A stretch of DNA of 63,796 nucleotides, counting the filler, from Aduncisulcus paluster (lineage: Eukaryota), in NCBI GenBank assembly GCA_024181965.1. It is 18 parts of 18 records of this genome, joined end to end, with 100 filler letters (N's around TTAATTAATTAA, not from the genome) between each part and the next. Parts side by side here need not be neighbours in the genome. Positions count along the whole stretch, not along the records: positions 40,289 to 60,074 come from BQXS01011977.1; 17 more parts are not named here. One strand, given 5' to 3'. The notes below the pieces were generated by a model, which saw only the letters and a list, made by a program, of their open reading frames with translations, was not told the origin of the DNA and ran no database searches. The translations under genes and the position numbers were made by a program. Positions 45,590 to 55,891 of the stretch are shown in pieces. Position 1 is the stretch's first letter. The number at the start of each line of letters is the position of its first letter.

Positions 45590-46594
45590 ATGGAATCTTA
45601 TAATCAAGATGACACTCAATCAATTGAAATTCACCAAAAAATCCAATCTTTTAAAACGCGCTTGGTGAATTTTCTTAAGCCACATGAAAAATTGATTCTC
45701 TTCTGTCAAGATGCTTTAGTTCTTGAAAGACCTATTGCATTTGCCGTTATTGTTGGACTGTTTTTCCTTGTTAACTTTTTCTTACTGTTTTTCGATTATA
45801 ATGCTCTTTTCAATATTTTGGTTCTCTTTTCCTTCTTCAGCATTCTTTTCATTGTTATCCAAAAAATTGGCATTCTTGAAGATGTGAGCAGTGAGCCAAG
45901 GGAAGAAGATTCTGACGATCCTACTCGTCATGATATCCACACTCCTTCAAAACTTACATTTGACGAGATTTGCGATGTGATTGTACATATGTACTCCTTC
46001 ACCGTTAAGTACCTTGCTAAAGCCAAACACGTTAACAAGACAAATCCTCTCCGTCTCCGTTTCACAATCGTCGTTATCATCATTGGAATGTTAATTGTGA
46101 CTTACAAGATTCCTGCCACCATCATCATTTTGCTTGCATCCATCTTCATATGTGTTGCCCCTGTGATTTACGTTAAGGATGTCATCAATCTCTATGTCCT
46201 TCCCTTCATCCTTGAAAAGAAGAAATTTGTTGTTGAACAATTCAACAAATTCATGGCTATTGTGAACGAGAAAATGGCTTCTCCTCGCGGTTCTCCTGCT
46301 CCCAAGAAGTCTTCCACCCCTTCTGTTGGAATCAACCGTGCTGAGACTCCCATGGATCTTCAGAGCAGCCAGATTGCCTCTGGTGCCGTTGCCACTCCCG
46401 CCACTCCTCTCCATGCCTCTTCTCTTGATCCCGCAACTCCTGCAACAAATATCCAGACATCCTCCGTTGAAGGACACGATTCTGAGGATGATATTGCCTC
46501 TGATGTTGAGAAACCCATCGAAGAAGAGGGACATCTTGAAGATTCCGATGACTCTGACATGCACCAGAGAATGGCTGATGTTCAAGAAGAATAA
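45590..46594 (+). CDS. Reticulon-homology (ARL6IP1/RETREG-like) ER membrane protein
   Basis: Two long hydrophobic hairpin-length segments separated by a hydrophilic loop, LVLERP before the first, and an acidic disordered tail. Confidence 0.6.
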   Translation: MESYNQDDTQSIEIHQKIQSFKTRLVNFLKPHEKLILFCQDALVLERPIAFAVIVGLFFLVNFFLLFFDYNALFNILVLFSFFSILFIVIQKIGILEDVSSEPREEDSDDPTRHDIHTPSKLTFDEICDVIVHMYSFTVKYLAKAKHVNKTNPLRLRFTIVVIIIGMLIVTYKIPATIIILLASIFICVAPVIYVKDVINLYVLPFILEKKKFVVEQFNKFMAIVNEKMASPRGSPAPKKSSTPSVGINRAETPMDLQSSQIASGAVATPATPLHASSLDPATPATNIQTSSVEGHDSEDDIASDVEKPIEEEGHLEDSDDSDMHQRMADVQEE

Positions 46595-46886
46595 CTTTCT
46601 AAACCACGATTTTCATTGGAATTGATTTCCAATACCACTTAAAGAAGGTATGAAACGAATAATTATCCGAAAGTAGCATTTGATGGTGGGCGAGATTGTA
46701 TCTGTTTTTCCAATAAATATAATGCTAGTTCGTTTTATGTGTACTTTCATATGAGTATTTGGTTAATTCTATTCGAATTACAACATCTTATTTGAAAAAA
46801 TAAAACGATTTTCGACTTTGCTCTCTATTTCACATTCCTAAGTTTAATACAAGACGGTAACTCAATCATACACAAATTTTATTACC

Positions 46887-47385
46887 ATGAGAACTCCACA
46901 CAAAATCATTGCTATTTGTTTAGTTGACAGAGAAGTATGTTTGACCTTTCCCCTTTCTTTTTCAACTTAAAAAACTTTTGAACCATTTTCTTATTTTCAT
47001 TTCCCAGAACAAACCTATATTTTTTAAAAATTATTGTGAAGAGTTTAGTAGCATTGAATTAGAATTTAGTGCATTTTCATCGCTTGACACTGTCTACCAT
47101 CGGATTAAAACAAAACAAATTGATTCTAATTTCCTCGGTTCTGTTTGCAAATTCAAAGGTTTAACTGTTTATGGATGGTTAGCGTATGATATGACCTGTG
47201 TCCTTGCTGTCGTCGAAGAAACGAAAGAAATGCCCAAAGATATCGCAGTTCCATTTTTATCAAAGGTTTATTCAATATATATTGATTCATATTGTTCCCC
47301 ATTCTGTTATTCTCACTCATATTTGAGTGATGTAGCTGCGGAAAAACTTAAACAAATGGTTGCCGACACAAATGATAAATATTAG
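46887..47385 (+). CDS. TRAPP subunit of the sedlin family (TRAPPC2L/Tca17-like). Exons 46887-46934 and 47008-47385.
   Basis: The spliced N-terminus reads MRTPHKIIAICLVDRENKPIF. Other motifs are SSLDTV, FLG, VYGW and YIDSYCSPF. Confidence 0.85.
46935..47007 (+). other. Spliceosomal intron, 73 nt
   Basis: GTATGT...CCCAG, phase 0. Confidence 0.85.
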
Positions 47386-47406
47386 TAAAATCATACGATA
47401 CACTAT

Positions 47407-47802
47407 TCACTCTTTTGGTTCACTTTGGTATGCTTTATGAGAAACAATCTTCGTGGAAGAATACGTGTCTTTTTCTTTCCTGATTTTCCTGACATATGTT
47501 GCTATTGTTGCAGAAATACATAACCACTCTTTCTCAAACAATAACGAATGCGAAGCCTCCGGAAATGAAACAAAATCTCTTTTCTTCAGAGTCTGAATTC
47601 TCGAGTCTCGAGTAGAAACAACAGATGATATAGAAATAGGTTGGGACGTTTTGCTTTCATGTTTATCTTCTTGGAGACTATCAAGAAGTTCAAAAGCCTC
47701 TCGGCTTGCCTTTGGACAAACAACAACATCTTTCTTTCCTTGAATAAATAGGAAAGAATCTCCAAGGGGAGATTTGAAATGTTTTTCAGTAGGAAGGGAC
47801 AT
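47407..47802 (-). CDS. Hypothetical protein, 131 aa
   Basis: ATG-initiated ORF convergent with the TRAPP gene, stops ~20 bp apart. Confidence 0.6.
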   Translation of the reverse strand: MSLPTEKHFKSPLGDSFLFIQGKKDVVVCPKASREAFELLDSLQEDKHESKTSQPISISSVVSTRDSRIQTLKKRDFVSFPEASHSLLFEKEWLCISATIATYVRKIRKEKDTYSSTKIVSHKAYQSEPKE

Positions 47803-48596
47803 AATAAATGTTAATTATCAAAAATAATTGTCCTAATTGGTCACCACAGAAAGTAAGTCTCAGGAATGCGAACGAGAAGAAAAAAATAAAAAAAATAGGA
47901 ACTCTGATGGAAAAAGAATTCAAATCTAAATACCATATAGATTCATTACATAAGTGAAATCAGATTGATATAAAGTCCAAAGAAGTAGAATACTGTTTCT
48001 AACTGGGATTGGATGATTACACTCGGGTTGACACCCTGTTCGATTGCTCTAGTATAGTACAGTATAGAGAGATCGAAAAGTGAAAACTTGCTCATTTGAA
48101 GATCGATTCTTTCGAATGGCAAAGAAAATGCAAGAATAAGTGCAAACAAGCCGAAACAAAATGCATTCTGCAATCAAAGCTCAATATGATATGAAATTGG
48201 GGGTCAATTTCGAAATTGGTCGGCAATAAAGTTTATTCCTAACTAATAAAGTTTATTACCCTTTTATTTCGAAATACCCCCCCTATTCGGAAATTCCCCT
48301 ATTATTACAAATAACAATTACTTTTTTTCAACTCTTTAAACAAATAATCAGAGAATGACAAAAAGATAAATCATATAATATCAACAAACGACTCAAAAAC
48401 GAATAAATGAAAAAATCGGATGCTAATTCAATCTATTTTATTAGAATTAGAAGGTAAAAACAATTAATAAACAAAATACTATATAAAAATGAATTAAAAG
48501 GAACTTGACAAGCAAGGTGTCATGATATAGAGTTTTGTTCATCAAATTGATCTTAGATGAGAAAAATATCTTCAAAAGGATAATAACCTTATGAAA

Positions 48597-50576
48597 CTAA
48601 CAAATTTCCTCTTCTTTCGGAGTGACTGCTCCAGATCCCATGCTACCAGCCGGAGTTGTTTCACCGGGAGTTTCACCGGGAGTATCACCGGGAGTATCAC
48701 CCGGTGTTTCATTCGCTTGACATTGCCGAAGCCCAGACCCAGTATTATTATTGTTATTATTGCCCAGTGGAGATCTTGGTGTAAATCCAGAGAAGTATTC
48801 ACTTGTTATACTATTCTCTTGTCCCTTTTCCTCTACCTTTGGAGCCTTCTGTTGTTCTACACAGCAATCACAGCGATTATTCTGACTGAATAAGTTTTCG
48901 TTCAAGGGTATTGGTGGTTCTTTCAAACTATATTCTTCTGTCGCTAAATATATTCCCTGAGAAACAATGAGAAGGATAGTCCCACCCAGAATTATGCACA
49001 AACCAACGATAAGTCCGACGGTACTTGCAACAGCCCATGAGATTTCATCCCCATAAAATATCAGACCAATGATACATGAGAAAATAATGTACAGAATCGA
49101 GAAAGAATGGACAAAGATGGGTGATCGAAAGATTCTGATGGCATAAGCACACAGAATGGAGATTAAAGCACCGAATAATCCAACGAAAACAATCGAACAC
49201 CAGTCAAACAAATCGACAGATGAGAATATCTGAACAAATATGGACCTTGCAAATACCACAACGATAAATATAGACATCACAACACTGAGAAAGTATACCC
49301 AAAATAGAACCTTAACGGGCGATACACTACTTCGTGATAACTTCAAGAATACGATTGGGGAATATATAAAATACAGGGAACTTGATATGAAGTAAAATAC
49401 AATAAATCCCACAAGATTCAATGGAATCCGGAGACCAAACGAAACAACAGAAAGAATAATTCCAAAAATGACTAAGAAAACACAAAGAAATAATCTATTC
49501 GAAACATGTTCATGCCGTAAGAAAAAAGATGAGATAAAAGTGATTATTGGTCCCAGAGAAACGATAAAAGGAAATAGTGAAACAGATTCAGACAGGATAA
49601 GGGCCATCGAATACGACATGACAACGTGAGTAACAGAAAGAAGTGCGACCATGAAGACAAGGGAAGACAGATTGGAACTTGAAACATCACGGAAATCACC
49701 ATATAAAAGAGATTTCTTCGTGTGAATACATGAAGATATAACTAAGATCGGAAGCATAAAAATAAATCCAATCGACTCATTCGCAAACATAAACAACAAA
49801 GGGGAGATCTTTAAGATCGTCTTTTGACATTCCGTAAAGAAACAAGACCCAACAAATGAACACAATATCAGAAAAACAACAATGACAATCTTTAATTTCT
49901 TCCCACTCTGCGACTGCTCTTGAGTATCAATATCAAGCATAGAACTGTCAATAAGGCCAGAATCGTCAATATATTGCTGGAAAGAGGTTGACATCGAAGG
50001 GAGAACGCTGACCACATTGTCACCGTGAGATGAACTCAGGGACAACTCAGATTGGTCAGAGGCATGGTCTCCAACAATGACCATCATCTTGGGCTGCTCG
50101 TACGGGAGATAATTGTGGGAACCACCAGAAACTACTTGATCTAACAGAGATGGCTTGCTTGTTAAGTGAATAGGATCGAAATCATAGGGAATTTCAAGAA
50201 TAGAATCCTCAGATTGCACATATTGATCAAGGCTCTGTTCAAGATCAATTGCAGGAGGGATTGGATCCTCATATTCTTCAACGACATCAAGTTCTTGCTC
50301 TCTATCTCCATCTTCTTTCTCTATTTTTTTGTCAAGAACAGGGAAGGAACTTAAGGTATCAGTAGGAGTCGGAGAAAACGCATAGGACTGTGTTGGACTT
50401 GCAGAAGCTAATGGAGGGAGATCAGAAATATTGTGCAAGGCCGAACGAAAGGATTGCATCTTTGTAAGCCTATGAGGTGGTATTTTAGGTCCTTTTCTAG
50501 AAATTTTATGGGCCTCAGAAATTGCAGAAATTATTCGGGAAGACTGCTTCGGATCTGTTTCAAGCTTAGTATTCAT
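48597..50576 (-). CDS. Drug/metabolite (EamA-like) transporter with a long hydrophilic N-terminus
   Basis: About 10 hydrophobic helices in two halves, PIITFISSFFLRHEHV and GLIFYGDEIS, with TPG(D/E) repeats at the C-terminus. Confidence 0.8.
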   Translation of the reverse strand: MNTKLETDPKQSSRIISAISEAHKISRKGPKIPPHRLTKMQSFRSALHNISDLPPLASASPTQSYAFSPTPTDTLSSFPVLDKKIEKEDGDREQELDVVEEYEDPIPPAIDLEQSLDQYVQSEDSILEIPYDFDPIHLTSKPSLLDQVVSGGSHNYLPYEQPKMMVIVGDHASDQSELSLSSSHGDNVVSVLPSMSTSFQQYIDDSGLIDSSMLDIDTQEQSQSGKKLKIVIVVFLILCSFVGSCFFTECQKTILKISPLLFMFANESIGFIFMLPILVISSCIHTKKSLLYGDFRDVSSSNLSSLVFMVALLSVTHVVMSYSMALILSESVSLFPFIVSLGPIITFISSFFLRHEHVSNRLFLCVFLVIFGIILSVVSFGLRIPLNLVGFIVFYFISSSLYFIYSPIVFLKLSRSSVSPVKVLFWVYFLSVVMSIFIVVVFARSIFVQIFSSVDLFDWCSIVFVGLFGALISILCAYAIRIFRSPIFVHSFSILYIIFSCIIGLIFYGDEISWAVASTVGLIVGLCIILGGTILLIVSQGIYLATEEYSLKEPPIPLNENLFSQNNRCDCCVEQQKAPKVEEKGQENSITSEYFSGFTPRSPLGNNNNNNTGSGLRQCQANETPGDTPGDTPGETPGETTPAGSMGSGAVTPKEEEIC

Positions 50577-50874
50577 TTTAAATTATTTAATTGAATGGGC
50601 TGAAATAACAGAAAATATGAGTAGAGAGGTTGGAGAAAATTATTTGTATCGCAAAGGAATAAATTCAAGATAAAATTTGAATTAATATATACAAAATTGG
50701 TTTCTTTTATAAATAAATCTAATAATCTTTTCAGGTTTATCTCATTTCGTTCGGAAAAACGAAAAAAATTACGAATTTACTCAAACCGCGAACAAGAACA
50801 GATTCTATATAAAAAAATATATCGGATATGAAAATAAATGAAATCTCAATATTTAAATCCAAATGTCCATTGAA

Positions 50875-53439
50875 CTACTCCTGTCCATCTCTGACAGTGG
50901 CGAGACGTTTTCTGGCGTTCTCAAGAACCGACGAGAAATCTCTCTCCAATAGCCCATTCAAAATGCGATCAATACCTCCAACTCTTGGCTTTGGCAACTC
51001 ATGTAATAGAATATCCATAGCTCGATCGACGAGAGAATCCACATCATCCCTCCCTGTGTATACAGGAAGAACGGCCAAGAGTTTAGCAATACTCAAGGGG
51101 GTTGAAGAGGAATACAGAGGTTGGATACGCAGAGAATCTTTGAGATACACAAGCTCCAATATATCTTCATCGTTTTCCTCACCCTTTGAATCTTCTATTG
51201 AAGCTTCAATGGGGAGATCAGACTTCAACCTTATAGCAATGCCACTATCTAAATTCACAGGACACGCATGCTTGAGGTCCACAGGTTCCACTCCCATTGC
51301 ATCGTCAAAAAGAGGTGAGGACAAAGCACCAGTGATTCCACAGATCCCAGCCCCAAGCCTTTTCCTCAGCTTAGGGGGTAGATGGACAGTGGAGGATATA
51401 AGAAGAATTGGAAGGATGTGAGAGCCAACGGGCACAGCTCCATACACGGATAACAGTGTTACAAGATTCAATGCTGGGGAGAACGAGAGCAGAGGAGAGG
51501 GGGAGAGTGCTATCTGAGTCTCCATTTTGTGGCACTTAATAATACTTGCTCCGGTCTTTCTCAGGAGATACGCTTGCATGGATTGTACAGGGACAACGAT
51601 TCCAAGGCGTTGGATCCGTTCCTGCTCGCTGATTTCACTGTTACTGAACATCTTATCACTACTGGCTGTGGAACATCTCAAAAGAAGAGAGTATGACGAA
51701 GAAAGAGAAGAGAGAGTGATGGCACAGGGCGATGTAAGAGAGGAAGCCATCGAAATAAACTCTTCAGATGGGTATGTGGGAAGCTTGGATTCATCAGAGA
51801 GCAAAGTGGATGGACGAGCATGAGAGAGACTAATGTATTTCTTTTTAAGCTGAATCACACTGGATATATTCTGACCCCGAGCATTCCGAAGCTCTTCATC
51901 TATTTTTAACCATATATCTTTCCATTCCTCAACTCGAATATGAGAAAGTTCTTTTGCTCTCTTTTCTTTGTTTTCTTTGAGTGCCAATTGGTAAGCTTCC
52001 TCAAGATACACTCTCCAAGGACTAACCGATGTGTCTTGACCATTCGCATCAAGAGTTTCTTCAACCTTCACATCACCTTCCATTTCCTTCTCAATGGACG
52101 CGGCACACAGGTACATACGCCAGCCACAGTCATCTCCACACCGCTCACGAAGAGCACGCAGCGTTTGACGAACATCAACTTTGCCACTTTGCCGGAAAAC
52201 ATAGAGTAAAAGATGAGAAAGAAGAATTGAAAGGGTATGTGGATTGGGAGGCTTTTGCTCAGAACGGGAAGAAAATAACAAAGGTGGAAGATCTGGAAAT
52301 TTTATACCTGTACAAATATCTTCCTCTTTCGTTTCATCATGAATTGAATTATCTTCTTCACTTTCATGCTCAGATGTATCACTCTCTTCTTCTTCCTCCT
52401 TTAGGGTAGAAATGAATGGAACAAAGGTATCATCAATCCACTTATTGAGTTTCTCAATACTTTCTTCTATATTTAGCTCATATTTCTTTTGTTTGGCTCT
52501 CCAAGCATGTATCCGCTTCATTTCTTCTTCTATACCTTCTTCAAGCACTCTGACACACTCTGATCCCCTCCCATCAGCTTCTAGATATTCACAAAGCATT
52601 ACACGGAACAATGCCTCCCCATGTTCTCCACATTTGGCTATACCCTCCCTGAGGACCTCTTCCTGCATTTCACTTGCTGTGAGAAGCTGTGGGATATGTG
52701 AAGTGCAATGCCTTCGGAGCTGTTCCTCCTCTAACTCACCAAGGGCAGAACTGGTGAAGGTTAGAAAACGTATAGCACTTTGAGAAGCATAGAACATATA
52801 GGCATGGATATAAAGGGGGATGCAATCAGGAAGAGCATGCAGGGCCATTTGAAAACAGAAAGAAATACGTCTATGGCGTGCACTCTCCACATTACTTTTG
52901 ATTCGATTCGTGGCAACATTATAATCACGCTCCCAGGCGATGCACTCAAGCCATGATGCCATTTTTGAAAGAGCAGTGCCATTGATTACATATTTATGTT
53001 TCTCATGTGAATATTGTGTCATTGGTTCAGATAATTGCCACTCAGCCTCTTGGATAAGACGAAGCCTATCACGAAGAGCGTTATTGATGGTGATACTCTT
53101 GTCTCTGGCATTACGAAATAATAATTCAGACATCTCAGCGTTCTCATATTTTCTTAGAAATGTATCATAATCATCCAACAATCGATTGTGTTTCAAGATG
53201 GGTTGATTCAAAGCAACAATATATACTTCTCGTGTCAATTTTATCCATTCTTCCCTATCAGCAATCTGAGCATGCTTAATTTGTTCTTCCAATAGGATCA
53301 AAAATTCTTTCCATATATGATATGACCTGTGATGATATCCAATCCGTTCCAGTGCGAAAATATAGGCATCAATAAGTCTATTGGAACTATCCTTATTACT
53401 TTTCACCTTTTTTAAGTATTCTTCAAAGGTTTTGAGCAT
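50875..53439 (-). CDS. CSTF3: HAT-repeat mRNA 3'-processing factor CstF-77/Rna14
   Basis: AYIFALERIG...IWKEFL...REVYIVALNQP, WLECIAWER and RRISFCFQMAL parallel CstF77 AYDFALDKIG, WKKYIQWEK and KRVMFAYEQCL. Confidence 0.75.
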   Translation of the reverse strand: MLKTFEEYLKKVKSNKDSSNRLIDAYIFALERIGYHHRSYHIWKEFLILLEEQIKHAQIADREEWIKLTREVYIVALNQPILKHNRLLDDYDTFLRKYENAEMSELLFRNARDKSITINNALRDRLRLIQEAEWQLSEPMTQYSHEKHKYVINGTALSKMASWLECIAWERDYNVATNRIKSNVESARHRRISFCFQMALHALPDCIPLYIHAYMFYASQSAIRFLTFTSSALGELEEEQLRRHCTSHIPQLLTASEMQEEVLREGIAKCGEHGEALFRVMLCEYLEADGRGSECVRVLEEGIEEEMKRIHAWRAKQKKYELNIEESIEKLNKWIDDTFVPFISTLKEEEEESDTSEHESEEDNSIHDETKEEDICTGIKFPDLPPLLFSSRSEQKPPNPHTLSILLSHLLLYVFRQSGKVDVRQTLRALRERCGDDCGWRMYLCAASIEKEMEGDVKVEETLDANGQDTSVSPWRVYLEEAYQLALKENKEKRAKELSHIRVEEWKDIWLKIDEELRNARGQNISSVIQLKKKYISLSHARPSTLLSDESKLPTYPSEEFISMASSLTSPCAITLSSLSSSYSLLLRCSTASSDKMFSNSEISEQERIQRLGIVVPVQSMQAYLLRKTGASIIKCHKMETQIALSPSPLLSFSPALNLVTLLSVYGAVPVGSHILPILLISSTVHLPPKLRKRLGAGICGITGALSSPLFDDAMGVEPVDLKHACPVNLDSGIAIRLKSDLPIEASIEDSKGEENDEDILELVYLKDSLRIQPLYSSSTPLSIAKLLAVLPVYTGRDDVDSLVDRAMDILLHELPKPRVGGIDRILNGLLERDFSSVLENARKRLATVRDGQE

Positions 53440-53631
53440 TTAGTATTAGAATATGACACCAAAGAAGCAAATCTCTCTAGCCTCAGTATGAGGTCGTAGA
53501 AGACCATTATTTTCACAAATAGAGAAATTAAACGGAAAAATAACTTTTAATGAAATGCTAGAATGAATCAAATGGATTCAATTCATTAGTGAAAAATTAA
53601 ATCATCGTTTTTTGTCATATTCATAGGATTT

Positions 53632-54347
53632 ATGATATCCACATTATCAAATTTGAGCCTTGTATGTAAAATATATTCTAATATTTACCATTGATTTGCT
53701 GTATTATTATGATTCTAATCTCTAGTATTTCGTCATAGAAATTGGTTTCACCAGCTTCTATCAGATTATTTTCAAGTTCTCACAACGAATCTTCTCAAGA
53801 TTCTTCAACTTCTATTTCATCCCTTGAACAAGAGTTAGCTAAAGTGAAGAAACAACTTCAAGATAGTAAGTCAAGAGAGCGTCAGCTTAAATTTGATATG
53901 AAAATGAAATTAAAGTCAGCTGAAGAGATGAAAAAGCGCAGTGAACGAAAAATATTGAATGCCATTCTTAAAGTTCGTGATACTTTCCAGCTTGCTTGTG
54001 AGAACCTTCCCAAAGGATGTGGTGTAGTTCCGCCTCTTCCCCCGGGATCCACTTCTGAGACCCCCCAATCCTTATCTCCCTCGTGGTTTATTCGGGGAAA
54101 GGTTATCAAGCCATTTATTCAAGGTATTATTGAAACCGGGAAAACATTCGATCAAGCTCTCAAAGGAATTGGTGTAACACCCATACCCTCCCTTGAATCA
54201 TCCTTTGATCCACTCCTCCATGAAGCTGTCATGTGTACCCCTGCCCCTTCATCCGAAGAGAAGGATAAAATCACTCGAGTATTCGAAAGTGGGTGGTACA
54301 AAGATAACCAAGTCATCAAAACAGCAAAGGTCACGGTTGCAAAATAG
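53632..54347 (+). CDS. MGE1: Organellar GrpE/Mge1 with N-terminal presequence. Exons 53632-53661 and 53739-54347.
   Basis: FDPLLHEAV and ITRVFESGWY...VIKTAKVTV. The spliced N-terminus reads MISTLSNLSLKLVSPASIRLFSS. Confidence 0.9.
53662..53738 (+). other. Spliceosomal intron, 77 nt
   Basis: GTATGT...CATAG, phase 0. It supplies the otherwise missing ATG. Confidence 0.85.
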
Positions 54348-54540
54348 ATTATCAAAGTTTTTTTGCAATCATAGTTAATTTTGTATGATTGAACATGAAT
54401 TAATTTCTCATCAAGATAATTTATTGTCATATTTCACATTGGCAAGATACTGATCCATTACTATGGTCCACATGGTTGATAACTTATGTACAGAATTCTT
54501 TTCTTTCGTTTCAAATTGAAAATATTCCCTGGCACTGGAT

Positions 54541-55635
54541 CTAGTAACCATCCATGCCTTCGACAAGGAAACCGGCATACATTTCAGCCAAACTAACGTC
54601 GATAATGGCGTTGACTTCTTCTTCTTGGTCTCCAATAATCACACCAGCCAAATAAAGATTGTTCAATCCATCAAATACAATTGATGACACATCTTGTATG
54701 GGAACAACTCCCTGGGAATAAATCTCACCGGTATCGCACCTAATCACGTGTAAAATAGTTGGAAAAGTCTCTGTCAATGTCTCTTCCTTCATATCTTTTG
54801 AATAATCACTCTCCATTGGGGAGGAAATAATAGATTTCTGACGGAGGCGACTATGCCGCCCCATCCTACGTGTCACAACAATAAGGGAATTGAAGGGACC
54901 TTTGCACATGGCAACAATATTTTGCAACCCACTTATACGGTAAAATACAGAAGCACTTCCGAATCTAAGTTGATCTTTGCCGATACCAGATTCCTTATCA
55001 TCAACACTCACCTCTAGGGCCAAGATACGATTCTCACCAGCTTCTGCGATGTATAAAATGCCATCGTGATATGTCAGTGCCACAGGTGCAGCAAGCCAGT
55101 GGGACAAAACAGGAATACATAGAGAGTTGGTGGTAGAAAGGGCAAATACAGATCCGCGGGGATTATGAAGTCCGGTTGTTCCTTTAGATCCACTATCCGC
55201 ATAGAATATATGCTTTCCTCCAACTGCTAAAGCTACAGGCCCAAGAAGTCCCTTTTCGAAAGAAGATACAAGAGGTTCAGGGGCATCAGAACCAAGCCAA
55301 AGAACATTTTTGTGTGCAGTATCACAACATACAGCAGTAACAGCATCGGGATTTTCGGAATTCAAGCCTTCCATTGTGACAATAGCGGTAGGATAACCTT
55401 TGGTGTTAATAAACACAGTTAAATCTGGAGATTTTGAAGATAAATCTCCAGTATATACATCACCTGTATCCGAGCATGCAACTATTATTGATTTTTCTCC
55501 TTGTACAAGCGATAAGCCAGTTAATGGGGTTGAATGAGTGAGAACTGTTTGATATGGGGGAATACAAATAAATCCTTCTCCAGATTCAGTTCCAACAGGT
55601 CTACTAGCGATTTCTAATAGTGTTAATTTTGGCAT
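54541..55635 (-). CDS. Beta-propeller protein (SMP-30/NHL-like)
   Basis: Repeated blade motifs GYPTAI, LGPVALAV..IFYADS and AAPVALTY..LYIAEAGENRIL. Confidence 0.65.
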   Translation of the reverse strand: MPKLTLLEIASRPVGTESGEGFICIPPYQTVLTHSTPLTGLSLVQGEKSIIVACSDTGDVYTGDLSSKSPDLTVFINTKGYPTAIVTMEGLNSENPDAVTAVCCDTAHKNVLWLGSDAPEPLVSSFEKGLLGPVALAVGGKHIFYADSGSKGTTGLHNPRGSVFALSTTNSLCIPVLSHWLAAPVALTYHDGILYIAEAGENRILALEVSVDDKESGIGKDQLRFGSASVFYRISGLQNIVAMCKGPFNSLIVVTRRMGRHSRLRQKSIISSPMESDYSKDMKEETLTETFPTILHVIRCDTGEIYSQGVVPIQDVSSIVFDGLNNLYLAGVIIGDQEEEVNAIIDVSLAEMYAGFLVEGMDGY

Positions 55636-55891
55636 AATATGGTTTAATTTGGACAAAATATTAAATTTAACGTTTAGACCGTTAGATGATCGTATTATTC
55701 CATTTTATTGTATGAGATTGATAAATTCATTCTTTATGAAGTTGAAATGAGTTTTGAAAGTGGAATTTTGACCCTGAGTCTCGCGTTAATTTTCATTTCC
55801 CGAGTTTTCGGTGAGGTTGAGCATTATTTATTTGGCAAATCTGATATTTTATTTAATTTCTCATATACAAAAAACAAAAAGAAAAATATAA

